DNA from: Fibrobacteria bacterium | Lineage (GTDB): Bacteria; Fibrobacterota; Fibrobacteria; UBA11236 | Length of the DNA stretch: 64,000 nucleotides | Reading direction: 5' to 3' | Assembly (NCBI GenBank): GCA_017881725.1 | Contig: JADGQO010000076.1 | Span: 6,190-70,189 of the forward strand | In this document: positions 50,064 to 58,967 of the stretch, one piece after another | Position numbering within the stretch: the first letter of the stretch is position 1 | Layout: each line of letters starts with the position of its first letter | Notes under the pieces: model-generated | Databases searched by the model: none | What the model was told of the DNA's origin: nothing | The model's input: the letters and a program-made list of their open reading frames with translations, nothing else | Program-made: the position numbers and the translations under genes

Positions 50064-51218
50064 ATGATCGCTTGCGTCGGAGACAACCTGGATGAAGTCA
50101 ACGGCATCGCGATTTCCTCGCGCATCATGTTGAAAAAATTGCGTGATCGGGGGCACAACGCCTATTTGTTCGGCGTCGCGTTCCATAGCAAGGAACCGCG
50201 TACCGAGGGGCCCGGCGGCGTCATCCTGGTTCCCGGGCGTTACTCCTTGGATCAGGCCGGCTACCCGCATAGCGAAGTCACGTTGATACGCTTAAAACAT
50301 TTCATCCGGTTCCTCCAAGACCATCCCGTCAATGTGGTGGAATTTCAAACCCCGGGTCCGGTTTCCTTCCTGTGTCTTTTGGCCGCCAAGGCCGCCGGGG
50401 TCGCGACCATCAGCCATTACCGCACCGACATTCTCACTTATTCGAAAATGCTTGTCACGAATCGGGCCGGGGTCTGGGCCATCAATACGTGGACGAGACT
50501 ATTCACGCTTTGGTCCGGTCCCGTCATCGTTCCCTCGCAAGCTTACGCCGAAAAGGTTTCCGAAATGGGCGTGTCGAGCAAACGGATTTTCAAGTTGCCC
50601 CGCGGCGTGGATTTCGATGATTTTCATCCTGACCATGCCGATCCGCAAACGTGGCGGGAATTGGGCCTTCCAGCTACCGGCGTCAAACTCTTGTACGTCG
50701 GCCGTATTTCCAAGGAAAAAAACCTGGATATTCTCGCTGATGCGATGCCGGAACTTTTGGCCGGTAACCCTGAGTTGTCCTTGACCCTGGTCGGCGAAGG
50801 GCCGTATCGGAAGGGACTGCAAGAACGGTTCGGGGACATGCCGCGCGTGCATTTCACCGGGGTACTGCAGGGACGAAAGCTGGCGGCCATATTCGCCGGC
50901 GCCGACATCATGGTCTTCCCCAGTTTGACCGACACGTTCGGCAACAGCGTGGTGGAAGCGCTCGCTTCCGGTATCCCTTGCATTACGTCCAACCAGGGCG
51001 GACCCCAGGAAATCATCGAAGACGGCCGCTGCGGTTTGATTTTCGATCACCGCGTGCCTGGAGATCTAACGGTAAAGATCAGTGCCTTGGTGTCTGACCC
51101 TACCCGTCTCGCCGATTTTAAATCCGCCGCGCGCCAACGCGCCCTCTTTTTCACCTATGACCGCGCCGCGCAGGCATTTTGGAGTTTCTACGCCCGCGCT
51201 TTGCGCGAAAATCTATAA
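50064..51218 (+). CDS. family 4 glycosyltransferase
   Basis: 'ADIMVFPSLTDTFGNSVVEALASGIPCITSNQGG'. Start moved from the track's 49842 to ATG 50064 (MIACVGD…), giving a typical GT4 N-terminus. Confidence 0.7.
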   Translation: MIACVGDNLDEVNGIAISSRIMLKKLRDRGHNAYLFGVAFHSKEPRTEGPGGVILVPGRYSLDQAGYPHSEVTLIRLKHFIRFLQDHPVNVVEFQTPGPVSFLCLLAAKAAGVATISHYRTDILTYSKMLVTNRAGVWAINTWTRLFTLWSGPVIVPSQAYAEKVSEMGVSSKRIFKLPRGVDFDDFHPDHADPQTWRELGLPATGVKLLYVGRISKEKNLDILADAMPELLAGNPELSLTLVGEGPYRKGLQERFGDMPRVHFTGVLQGRKLAAIFAGADIMVFPSLTDTFGNSVVEALASGIPCITSNQGGPQEIIEDGRCGLIFDHRVPGDLTVKISALVSDPTRLADFKSAARQRALFFTYDRAAQAFWSFYARALRENL

Positions 51219-51242
51219 CCCATCGATTCGAAAGGAAAAACC

Positions 51243-51539
51243 ATGCTCGTTCATGCGGTATATTTCTGGCTCAAACCCGGGCTTAAGCCTGCGGACATCG
51301 CCAGCTTTGAAAAGTTTGCGAATGCCCTGACCTCAATCCCGTCGGTGCGCCAAGGCTGGGTCGGCAAGCCGGCGGCCACGAATCGCCCCATCATCGACAG
51401 CAGTTATTCCTACGCCTTAGTCGTGGTTTTCGACGACATGGCAGGACATGATGTCTATCAAGTGCACCCAATCCACGACGCGTTCCGGGAAAATTGCGAA
51501 AAATTTTGGAGCCAGGTCAAAATCTACGATTCGATTTAA
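51243..51539 (+). CDS. Dabb-family stress-responsive alpha/beta-barrel protein
   Basis: 98 aa, 'MLVHAVYFWLKPG…VVVFDDMAGHDVYQVHPIH'. Confidence 0.7.
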   Translation: MLVHAVYFWLKPGLKPADIASFEKFANALTSIPSVRQGWVGKPAATNRPIIDSSYSYALVVVFDDMAGHDVYQVHPIHDAFRENCEKFWSQVKIYDSI

Positions 51540-51660
51540 CTGAGGGCTGAAAAAGTCTCCGCTCAGCTTGGCGAGGCCCATGCGGACGCGTGCACAGCCC
51601 GGTTAAGGCCCCCTTCACCGACCGGTTGAGTGGGAACCGGGCAACTCAGCGAGGGGCAGC

Positions 51661-52374
51661 TCAGCTCAGCGCGGCGCAGGTGGCGAGGAAACCCGCTTCG
51701 GCGAATTCCGCCACGGCTCCCAAGGCTTGCACCGTAAGACCCTGGTTGCGGCCGTTTAAAAACCGAAATGCCGTTACGATAATCACAAAGTATTCGACGA
51801 CCAGGCCGCCCGCCACGCGCCAGGGAAACAAGGCCATGGACGCCAATAACAGGCCGGTGAATACCAGCGCACGAATTTGCCGCCGCTTGACGGCCAGGTC
51901 GGGTTTGGCATAGGAAAGTTCCATGCGATTGCGGCTGAAAATGATGCCTAGGCATTGCGAACTCCGGCCCAGAATCGGCGCGATGAGCACGGCGAAGGAT
52001 TGCCATTCCCCGCGCATATGCGCCAGGCTGGCTACTTTTACGAGCAGCAACAAGCCGACCGCCACGGCGCCTTTCCAACCGTAATCGGTTTTGGAAGCGA
52101 AACCCGATCCCGGAAAAGTCCTGCGCCCGTCCCAAAGTTCCGCGAAGGCGCGCAAATGGATGCCTCCGGTCATGGCCTCCAACACGCCAATGGTCGCGAT
52201 GCAAGCCAGGAATTGCGGTAGAATCGTTTTGAACGCCAGCAGTGACAGCACCAGAATGCTGCCCATAACCGCGCCGACCAACGGAAAGAAATGCACCGAG
52301 CGGTTGAGCGGCAAATCCTTTTTGAAGGGGATAGGCAGTACGGTCAAATAACTGAGGGCATTCCGCAAACTCAT
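51661..52374 (-). CDS. CobS-like (adenosylcobinamide-GDP ribazoletransferase family) polytopic membrane protein, with substitutions at the usual Asp motif
   Basis: 'MSLRNALSYLTVLPIP…' is typical of CobS. However, 'GGIHLRAFAELWDG' replaces the canonical G-HLDGLAD motif (D->R, D->E). Confidence 0.65.
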   Translation of the reverse strand: MSLRNALSYLTVLPIPFKKDLPLNRSVHFFPLVGAVMGSILVLSLLAFKTILPQFLACIATIGVLEAMTGGIHLRAFAELWDGRRTFPGSGFASKTDYGWKGAVAVGLLLLVKVASLAHMRGEWQSFAVLIAPILGRSSQCLGIIFSRNRMELSYAKPDLAVKRRQIRALVFTGLLLASMALFPWRVAGGLVVEYFVIIVTAFRFLNGRNQGLTVQALGAVAEFAEAGFLATCAALS

Positions 52375-54839
52375 TCAGGAATTCCGAGAAAATCAAAATC
52401 GACCTGTCCGGTGAATGGGTCCGCCCGTTCCAAGCGCACGTGTAATTTATCACCTAATTGGAAGCGGCGACGCGTCCGCTTGCCGACCATGTGCCCGGTC
52501 TCTTCATCCTTTTCGTAATAATCGTCACGCAACCGATAAATTGGAATCATGCCTTCGCCATAGGGATTCTGGATGGAAACGAAAATGCCGAAATTCTCCA
52601 TGCCGCTGATTTCGCCGATGAAGGCGTCTCCGACATAACCTTTCAGCACCCAGGCCGTGGCGGTTTTCAAGCCCTTGCGCTCCACTTTCATCACGGCGAT
52701 TTCCCGTTCGGAAATGCGTTCGGCCACGTCGTAGGCTTGCGCCTTTTGAGCCTTAGGAATCTTCTCGCCGCGCACGAACGCCTTGATCACGCGATGCGTC
52801 CAAAGATCCGCATAGCGGCGGATGGGTGATGTGAAATGGGCATAATGCAACCAGCCTAAGGCGAAATGGCCCTGGGCCTCCGGCGAGTACTGCGCCTTTT
52901 TCATGCTTTGCAGGATTTTCCGCTGGACGGCCACGGGCAAGGCTCCGCCTTCTTGGCTGAGCAGGCGGATGAAGAATTGCTGGATGGCCGGATTCAAATT
53001 GGTCTTGGTCTGATTCAATTCCTTGAAGGCGTCCACCATGCCCTTGTCGCGGTGGATGAGGCCTTGCGAGGCCCACAACTCGGAAACCACGTCCAAGTCC
53101 GGCTGTTCATGCACGCGGAACAACCCGGGAAGCTTATGCTTGGTAAGGAATTTCGCGGTGGCCTGATTGGCCAAAAGCATGCATTCCTCGATCCAGGAAT
53201 GCGACGGCAAACGAGTCCCTGGATAAATGCGCACAGGCACTCCGTCGTCGAGCTCCACCTTGGGCTCGGGAAATTGGAAATCGATGAACCCATCGTCGCG
53301 GCGGCGTTTCAGGAGCACAGTGGTGAATTCATCCAGCAATGTAAGGAATGGATCCCCTTCCTGTTTGGCGCCTTGCGCTTCCTCATAGGAATAAAAGCGT
53401 TGGACTTTGATAAAGGTTTCGACGAAATCGAAAGACCTGAGCTCACCGTCGGCGGTCACGTCCATCATGCAGGAAAAGGCCAGGCGTTCCCGCCCTTCCA
53501 AAAGACTGCAAAGGTCGGAGGATAGGCGCTGCGGCAACATGGGCACGGCCGTCCAGGGCAAATACTGCGTAAAAGCGCGTGCGACGGCTTCGTGATCCAG
53601 AGCGCTGTCATCGGTAACGTACTCGGACACATCGGCGATATGCACGCCCAGCCGCCAAGTCCCGTTCGCAAGGCGTTCCAAGGAAATCGCGTCGTCATGA
53701 TCCTTGGCCGTGGAAGGGTCGATGGTGATAATCGGAATGGCGCGTAAATCCCGTCGATCAGGATAGTTTTCGAGTACCGGCTCCGGGAATTCTCCCGCTT
53801 CGGCCATGCCGTCGCGGGGATAGCCGTAAGGCAATCCATATTCGCGGAAAAAAGATTTGGAGACCTCGGTGAAAGGCGTTTCCTCTCCCAAGGTGGAAAC
53901 GATAACGCCGATTCGCTCGCTGCCATCTTCCTCGGTAATCCGAGCGATGACCAAATCTCCGGGCCTGGCCTTACCCAAATGCTTGCGGGGAATCAAAACC
54001 AGACCCTCTTCGGGAGCCCCAGCCTCGGCGCCCGGGAATCCGCGTTTCCCGAACCGTTCCTTTTTGCCTTCCCGACCGCGCGCGGGACCGCGACCACGAT
54101 CTTTCTCACGACCGCGCCGCTGTTCGCGATTTCCCCAGCGCGATTCTTCTTGCCCCGCGCGGTCACCGGCGCTCCGGGCCCGCAACGGCACTACGAAATG
54201 GAATCCGCCTTGCCGAATTAATTTGCCTTTGACTAAACCGGCCTCACCGGCGACGGAATCTTCGGGGTTTTTTTTGGCGGCCGCGTTCCTATCCGTAAGA
54301 CTGGAATCCGTAACATTGAAGTTACCCTGAGCCTGAGCCGGAGCCGTAGCGCCGGGACGTTTTCCTCTAACGCCATCAGGAATCGGCTTGGACACTTTTC
54401 GGCCCGGAAACGTCGTGGGCCGGGCAACTGCGGGCGAATCACCGGCATCCAGCCGCCCCGAAATCAGGGCAGGCGCCGCAGCGGGGACTTTTTCCGGAGT
54501 TCCGCTCGGGGCCGCGGAGTGCTTACCGGCTTGCTTCGCCCGAATGCGTGCCAAATCCTCTTCGGTTTCGGCGATGAACTTATTTCCCTTGACCTTGCGG
54601 AGGAACCCCTCGCCCACCAGGGACTTGACCATATGCTTGATGTCACGTTCTTCCTCGCGAGACAGCGAGAAGGCCTTTTGCAATACCGGCAAACTCGAGG
54701 GATGCCGACCTTGGGATCGGATAAACTCCAGCAGCGCCGAACGCTCCGGCAACCCGGAAATATTCCTGGGCGCGACCGGTTTTTTTACTTTGCCTTTTTC
54801 CTGGTTTTTTTCCTTGCCTGTTTCATTGCCTTTACCCAT
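52371..54839 (-). CDS. rnr: ribonuclease R (RNB-family 3'-5' exoribonuclease) with ~200-aa low-complexity basic insertion near the N-terminus
   Basis: RNB core ('…HVADVSEYV…', 'DDAISLE'). C-terminal S1 'GMENFGIFVSIQ'. N-terminal HTH. Residues ~100-330 are K/R/G/A/P-rich. ATGA overlap with the CobS-like gene. Confidence 0.85.
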   Translation of the reverse strand: MGKGNETGKEKNQEKGKVKKPVAPRNISGLPERSALLEFIRSQGRHPSSLPVLQKAFSLSREEERDIKHMVKSLVGEGFLRKVKGNKFIAETEEDLARIRAKQAGKHSAAPSGTPEKVPAAAPALISGRLDAGDSPAVARPTTFPGRKVSKPIPDGVRGKRPGATAPAQAQGNFNVTDSSLTDRNAAAKKNPEDSVAGEAGLVKGKLIRQGGFHFVVPLRARSAGDRAGQEESRWGNREQRRGREKDRGRGPARGREGKKERFGKRGFPGAEAGAPEEGLVLIPRKHLGKARPGDLVIARITEEDGSERIGVIVSTLGEETPFTEVSKSFFREYGLPYGYPRDGMAEAGEFPEPVLENYPDRRDLRAIPIITIDPSTAKDHDDAISLERLANGTWRLGVHIADVSEYVTDDSALDHEAVARAFTQYLPWTAVPMLPQRLSSDLCSLLEGRERLAFSCMMDVTADGELRSFDFVETFIKVQRFYSYEEAQGAKQEGDPFLTLLDEFTTVLLKRRRDDGFIDFQFPEPKVELDDGVPVRIYPGTRLPSHSWIEECMLLANQATAKFLTKHKLPGLFRVHEQPDLDVVSELWASQGLIHRDKGMVDAFKELNQTKTNLNPAIQQFFIRLLSQEGGALPVAVQRKILQSMKKAQYSPEAQGHFALGWLHYAHFTSPIRRYADLWTHRVIKAFVRGEKIPKAQKAQAYDVAERISEREIAVMKVERKGLKTATAWVLKGYVGDAFIGEISGMENFGIFVSIQNPYGEGMIPIYRLRDDYYEKDEETGHMVGKRTRRRFQLGDKLHVRLERADPFTGQVDFDFLGIPE

Positions 54840-54878
54840 GGAATCCTCCCGAAGCGGATAAACCGGGCACGGCGGAAA

Positions 54879-55217
54879 TCAACGCACGCCCGCTTTGGCG
54901 CGTTCGTATTTCAAAATCGGATCGCATTTTCCCGGGAACTTGACCGTGATTTTGTCCGTGCATCCCGTGGGACTCAGGTTCGGGCAGGTTTGGCAGACCT
55001 TTGCGAACCAATCCTCGGAAATGCCGGGAGGCGGCTGATTGGCCTTATTGCGGCCGCCCGTCCCCGCATCTTCCAAATGATCCAGTTTGGAGATGATGCC
55101 TTTCGCGACGCCGACCAATTGCTGCACGGATGCCGGTGGCAATTGCATACTGGCTTGCTGCAAATACAATTGCAAGGCCTGGGCGACTAAATCCTTTTCT
55201 TCTTCCGACAATGCCAT
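54879..55217 (-). CDS. small hypothetical protein with C-terminal 4-Cys cluster
   Basis: 'CQTCPNLSPTGCTDK…GKCD' (C-x2-C-x8-C-x11-C). Lies between the hybrid kinase and rnr on the same strand. Confidence 0.4.
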   Translation of the reverse strand: MALSEEEKDLVAQALQLYLQQASMQLPPASVQQLVGVAKGIISKLDHLEDAGTGGRNKANQPPPGISEDWFAKVCQTCPNLSPTGCTDKITVKFPGKCDPILKYERAKAGVR

Positions 55218-55323
55218 GTTTCATCCCCGAGAATACCGGACCAATAATGAACCCGGTCGAGACCCATGCAAGGTAGAAAAAGAGCCCGCCGGACGGGAAG
55301 CTGTAGTGGTTCCGGAGCGTGTC

Positions 55324-57561
55324 TCAACGCGTCGTTTCGCGCGACAAAGCCTCGCGGACCTTAGCCGCCAGGGCCGCCATGTCGAAGGGCTTTGCGATCA
55401 GGAATGCGTTGGGTCGGGACATGACCGAGGATAAATCGTATTGATGTTGCCGCCCGGTGCAGAACAGGATCTTCAGATCCGGTTTGACGCGCCAGAGTAC
55501 ATCGGCCGTATCCAGGCCGTTCATCACCGGCATATCCACGTCCAGGACCACGAGGTCGAAATGCAATCCGCTTTCGAGGATTCGTACCGCGGAAATTCCG
55601 TCCGCCGCCGTGGCGGGCGTATATCCGAGTTCGCCCAGGATGCGCGCCGCCGTTCGCCGCATGACTTCGTCGTCGTCCACCAACAGCACCTCGCCGGACC
55701 CGGTCGGCGCTCCCGGCGGGGCAACCGGTTCCTGACCCTGGATTTTGGTTGAGGTCAGGAAATAAAGTCGGAAACTGGTTCCCGTTTTCGAATCGCTGTC
55801 CACCTCGACGTAACCCTTGTGATGCTTCATGATCGAATCGACGATGGTCAGGCCCAGGCCGGATCCGTTCTCGCGCTTAGTCGTAAAAAACGGCTCGAAA
55901 ATTTGATCCAATTGCGCCAGGGGAATTCCTTCCCCGGTATCCCGGATGGAAAGTATGACCAGATCTTTTTCCCGGCAGGTGGCATGCCGCGCGGTGAAGG
56001 CGGGATCCACGGTAAAGGGCGCGACGCTTAAAGTCAGGCGACCGCCGGCCTTCATGGCATCGCGGGCGTTTACGCAAATATTCAGCACGGCCTGTTCCAA
56101 TTGAGAACGGTCGGCCAGGATCCAGGTTTCCGACTTGGGTAACTTAGCAGTTACGTGGATGCGGCTTTCGAAGGAATGCTGGCACAGGGATACCAGGTTG
56201 TTCACCACCGCGTTCAACTCCATCGGCTCCATGGCGATTTCCGCCCGGCGCGAAAGGGCCAACAGCCGCTTGACCATCTCTTGGGCCCGGGCGGCGCAGC
56301 CTTCCAGCACCTCCAAATCGTCCAGCAATACCTGGATGTCCGCTTTACCGTCGCGGAGCCTGTGTTTCATCAGCGAAGAGGTTCCCACCATGCCGCCCAG
56401 CACATTGTTGAATTCATGCGCCAGCCCGCCGGCCAAGGTGCCCACGGTTTCCATGCGCTGGGAATGGAAAAGTTGGTTGTTCAACTCGACCGTGCGGGTC
56501 ACGTCGTCGATGCGCATGGCCACTTCCCCGCGGTCGCGGCTGAACATGGTGAACAAGTTCGCGCGGTAATACACCACGCTGCCGTCCTTGCGCTTAAACG
56601 GCCGGGGTTCGAAATCCAACCCCGTGCCGGCCTCCACCTGCAACACGTTTTTCAAGGCCTGCGAGATGAAGCGGTACTCCGGCACCAGATCCCAGAACAC
56701 GTTGCCTTGCGCCTCCTCTTCGGAGATGCCGAAAAACTCCATGGCCTTGCCGTTCCAAGTGGTCACCGTGCCCAACAAATCCATTCCGATGATGGCCGAG
56801 GGCATGGATTCGATGAGCGAGCCCAATTGGTCCTTCAAGTCCCGGATATGATCGGAGAGCTGGGTCTGGTCCAGCAAGGACGTGGCGTAGCGGCACATGT
56901 TCTGGAAAAGATCCTTCTGCTGGCGCGTCCAACCTTGATCGCTGTTGATGCGCTGGACGCAGAACAAGCTGGTCCCGCCGAGCGTGGTTTCGATTGGGAA
57001 GGCCATGGCAGCGCGGCAATCCACGCGGCTGGCCAAATCGAATTCATCCTCCAAAGCGGCGCGGAATTCTTCCTCCAAGGTGTTGAATTCGGCATCGGGC
57101 ACGATGGATATGGGTTCATCCCATTCGTTCGTCGTAGGCGCGCCGGGATGCTTCTTGGCCTTCTGCAGAAAATGCACGAACGGTGCGGGCGGCGAGGTAT
57201 CCACGAAATACGGCAGCGGCAAGCGTTTGATGCCCCGGTCCACGGCTTCGTGCGAAACAGCCCAGGTGGACTTGGGTCCGTCGCCAACCAGGATATAGGA
57301 GACGCGGTCGGCCTTGAGCTCAATGAGCAATTCCTCGACGATCACGTCCATCAAGGTGTCGTCGTCCAGGCGCATGGTGATACGCTGCACGAAATCCATC
57401 AGGCGTTTTTGGTTGGAGAAGTAGAGGGAGTGTTCCAGGTCCGCGATTTCCAATTTGGAAAACACGTCCATCAGGGTTTGCAATTGCTTGGTGAGGCGCT
57501 GATTTTGGGCTTCCAGCTCGCGGCAACGTTCTTCGATGTCTTGATCCAATCGGCTCGACAT
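55324..57561 (-). CDS. hybrid sensor histidine kinase (coiled coil - sensor - PAS - HisKA - HATPase_c - C-terminal receiver)
   Basis: Track start 57582 is TTG; ATG 57561 has GGAGGGGG upstream. H-box 'AHEFNNVLGGM'. 'GSGLGLTIV'. REC 'VLLVDDDEVMRR…DLVVLDVDMPVMNG'. Confidence 0.8.
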   Translation of the reverse strand: MSSRLDQDIEERCRELEAQNQRLTKQLQTLMDVFSKLEIADLEHSLYFSNQKRLMDFVQRITMRLDDDTLMDVIVEELLIELKADRVSYILVGDGPKSTWAVSHEAVDRGIKRLPLPYFVDTSPPAPFVHFLQKAKKHPGAPTTNEWDEPISIVPDAEFNTLEEEFRAALEDEFDLASRVDCRAAMAFPIETTLGGTSLFCVQRINSDQGWTRQQKDLFQNMCRYATSLLDQTQLSDHIRDLKDQLGSLIESMPSAIIGMDLLGTVTTWNGKAMEFFGISEEEAQGNVFWDLVPEYRFISQALKNVLQVEAGTGLDFEPRPFKRKDGSVVYYRANLFTMFSRDRGEVAMRIDDVTRTVELNNQLFHSQRMETVGTLAGGLAHEFNNVLGGMVGTSSLMKHRLRDGKADIQVLLDDLEVLEGCAARAQEMVKRLLALSRRAEIAMEPMELNAVVNNLVSLCQHSFESRIHVTAKLPKSETWILADRSQLEQAVLNICVNARDAMKAGGRLTLSVAPFTVDPAFTARHATCREKDLVILSIRDTGEGIPLAQLDQIFEPFFTTKRENGSGLGLTIVDSIMKHHKGYVEVDSDSKTGTSFRLYFLTSTKIQGQEPVAPPGAPTGSGEVLLVDDDEVMRRTAARILGELGYTPATAADGISAVRILESGLHFDLVVLDVDMPVMNGLDTADVLWRVKPDLKILFCTGRQHQYDLSSVMSRPNAFLIAKPFDMAALAAKVREALSRETTR

Positions 57562-57734
57562 GCGCAAACCCCCTCCGTGCAAACGTAAAAAAGCCCGTAG
57601 CGATTGACGATTTTACCCTGCCCCTTTCTTAAAATTCCTAATTTTCTGCGGAATGTACCGGCATTACCATGCCTCGGTACCGGCTTTAGCAGGCCTCGAA
57701 AAACACCCGGGCGGGAGGAATTCGGTTCGCGAAC

Positions 57735-58967
57735 ATGAAGATTACCTTGCTTTCCAACGAGTTTCCACCTCATGTTTACGGCGGCGCCGGAGTTCATGTC
57801 GAATACCTCTCCCAAGCCCTGGCCCATTTGCCCGGATTGGATAACACCGTGGATGTGTTGTGCTTCGGCGATCAACGGTTGCACGATGGACCTTTGACGG
57901 CAACGGGATTGAAACCTGATTTTTCCTTGCCGAGCCAGAACCAAAAATTCGCTAAGTTGATGGATACGCTGGCGCGGAACGTGATGATGTCCGGAACCGT
58001 GCAGACGACGGACATCGTGCATTGTCACACCTGGTATTCGCATTTCGCCGGATGCCTGGTGCAAAAACTGTTTGGCGTGCCGCTGGTCCTGACCACGCAT
58101 TCCCTGGAGCCGCACCGGCCTTGGAAGGTGGAACAGTTGGGCAACGCCTATCATGTTTCCACGTGGTTGGAACGCACCGCCTATCAAAACGCGGACGGCG
58201 TCGTCGCCGTGTCGGAGTCCATGCGCCGCGACGTGCAATCACTGTACGGAGTGGCTCCGGAAAAAATCCGGGTCATTCCCAACGGGATCGATCCGGAGGA
58301 ATACCATCCCACTCCCGACGATGCCCTGCTCGGCGCCTATGGCATCGATCCCGCCTTGCCCTTCGTGCTTTTCGTCGGTCGCATCACGCGGCAAAAAGGC
58401 GTCCTGCATTTGATCAATGCCATCCGGCATTTGCGCCCCGGGACCCAAGTGGTGCTTTGCGCCGGCGCGCCCGACACCCCGGAAATCGGAGCGGAAATGC
58501 GCCTCAAGGTGGAGCAGGCCCGCAAGGACTCGTCCCACCCGATTATCTGGATTCCGCAAATGCTTCCGAAACGGGAAATCATCTCGTTGTATACCCATGC
58601 GTCGGTATTCATCTGCCCGTCGGTTTACGAACCCTTCGGCATCATCAACCTGGAGTCCATGGCGTGCGAAACGCCGGTGGTCGCCTCCCAGGTGGGCGGA
58701 ATTCCCGAAGTGGTGGTCCCGGGGGAAACCGGAATATTGGTTCCCTTCGCGCCCCAAGGACCGGAGAATTTCGAACCCAAGGATCCGGAAGCCTTCAGCC
58801 GAAACCTGGCCGCAGCCGCGAATTCCCTGCTCGACAATCCGGATTTGCGACTGAGGATGGCGAAAAACGCCCGCCGCCGCGTCGAAGATCATTTCGCCTG
58901 GGCCCAAGTGGCCAAACGCACGCATCAATTTTATCAGGAGCTTATCCAAACCCATGCCCGCCCCTAA
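57735..58967 (+). CDS. GT4 glycosyltransferase of the GlgM/actinobacterial GlgA type (candidate alpha-maltose-1-phosphate synthase)
   Basis: N-terminus 'MKITLLSNEFPPHVYGGAGVHVEYLSQALA' resembles mycobacterial GlgM. Translationally coupled (14-nt overlap) to glgE. Confidence 0.7.
   Translation: MKITLLSNEFPPHVYGGAGVHVEYLSQALAHLPGLDNTVDVLCFGDQRLHDGPLTATGLKPDFSLPSQNQKFAKLMDTLARNVMMSGTVQTTDIVHCHTWYSHFAGCLVQKLFGVPLVLTTHSLEPHRPWKVEQLGNAYHVSTWLERTAYQNADGVVAVSESMRRDVQSLYGVAPEKIRVIPNGIDPEEYHPTPDDALLGAYGIDPALPFVLFVGRITRQKGVLHLINAIRHLRPGTQVVLCAGAPDTPEIGAEMRLKVEQARKDSSHPIIWIPQMLPKREIISLYTHASVFICPSVYEPFGIINLESMACETPVVASQVGGIPEVVVPGETGILVPFAPQGPENFEPKDPEAFSRNLAAAANSLLDNPDLRLRMAKNARRRVEDHFAWAQVAKRTHQFYQELIQTHARP

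Noticed and set aside
51563-52453. 296-aa minus-strand ORF overlapping the CobS-like gene in another frame
   Set aside because: The CobS-like frame gives a coherent polytopic membrane protein with a family-typical N-terminus. The alternative frame is Arg/Gly-rich without motifs.
56155-57588. 477-aa plus-strand ORF antisense to the hybrid kinase
   Set aside because: Shadow ORF. The kinase frame carries H-box, G-box and receiver motifs.
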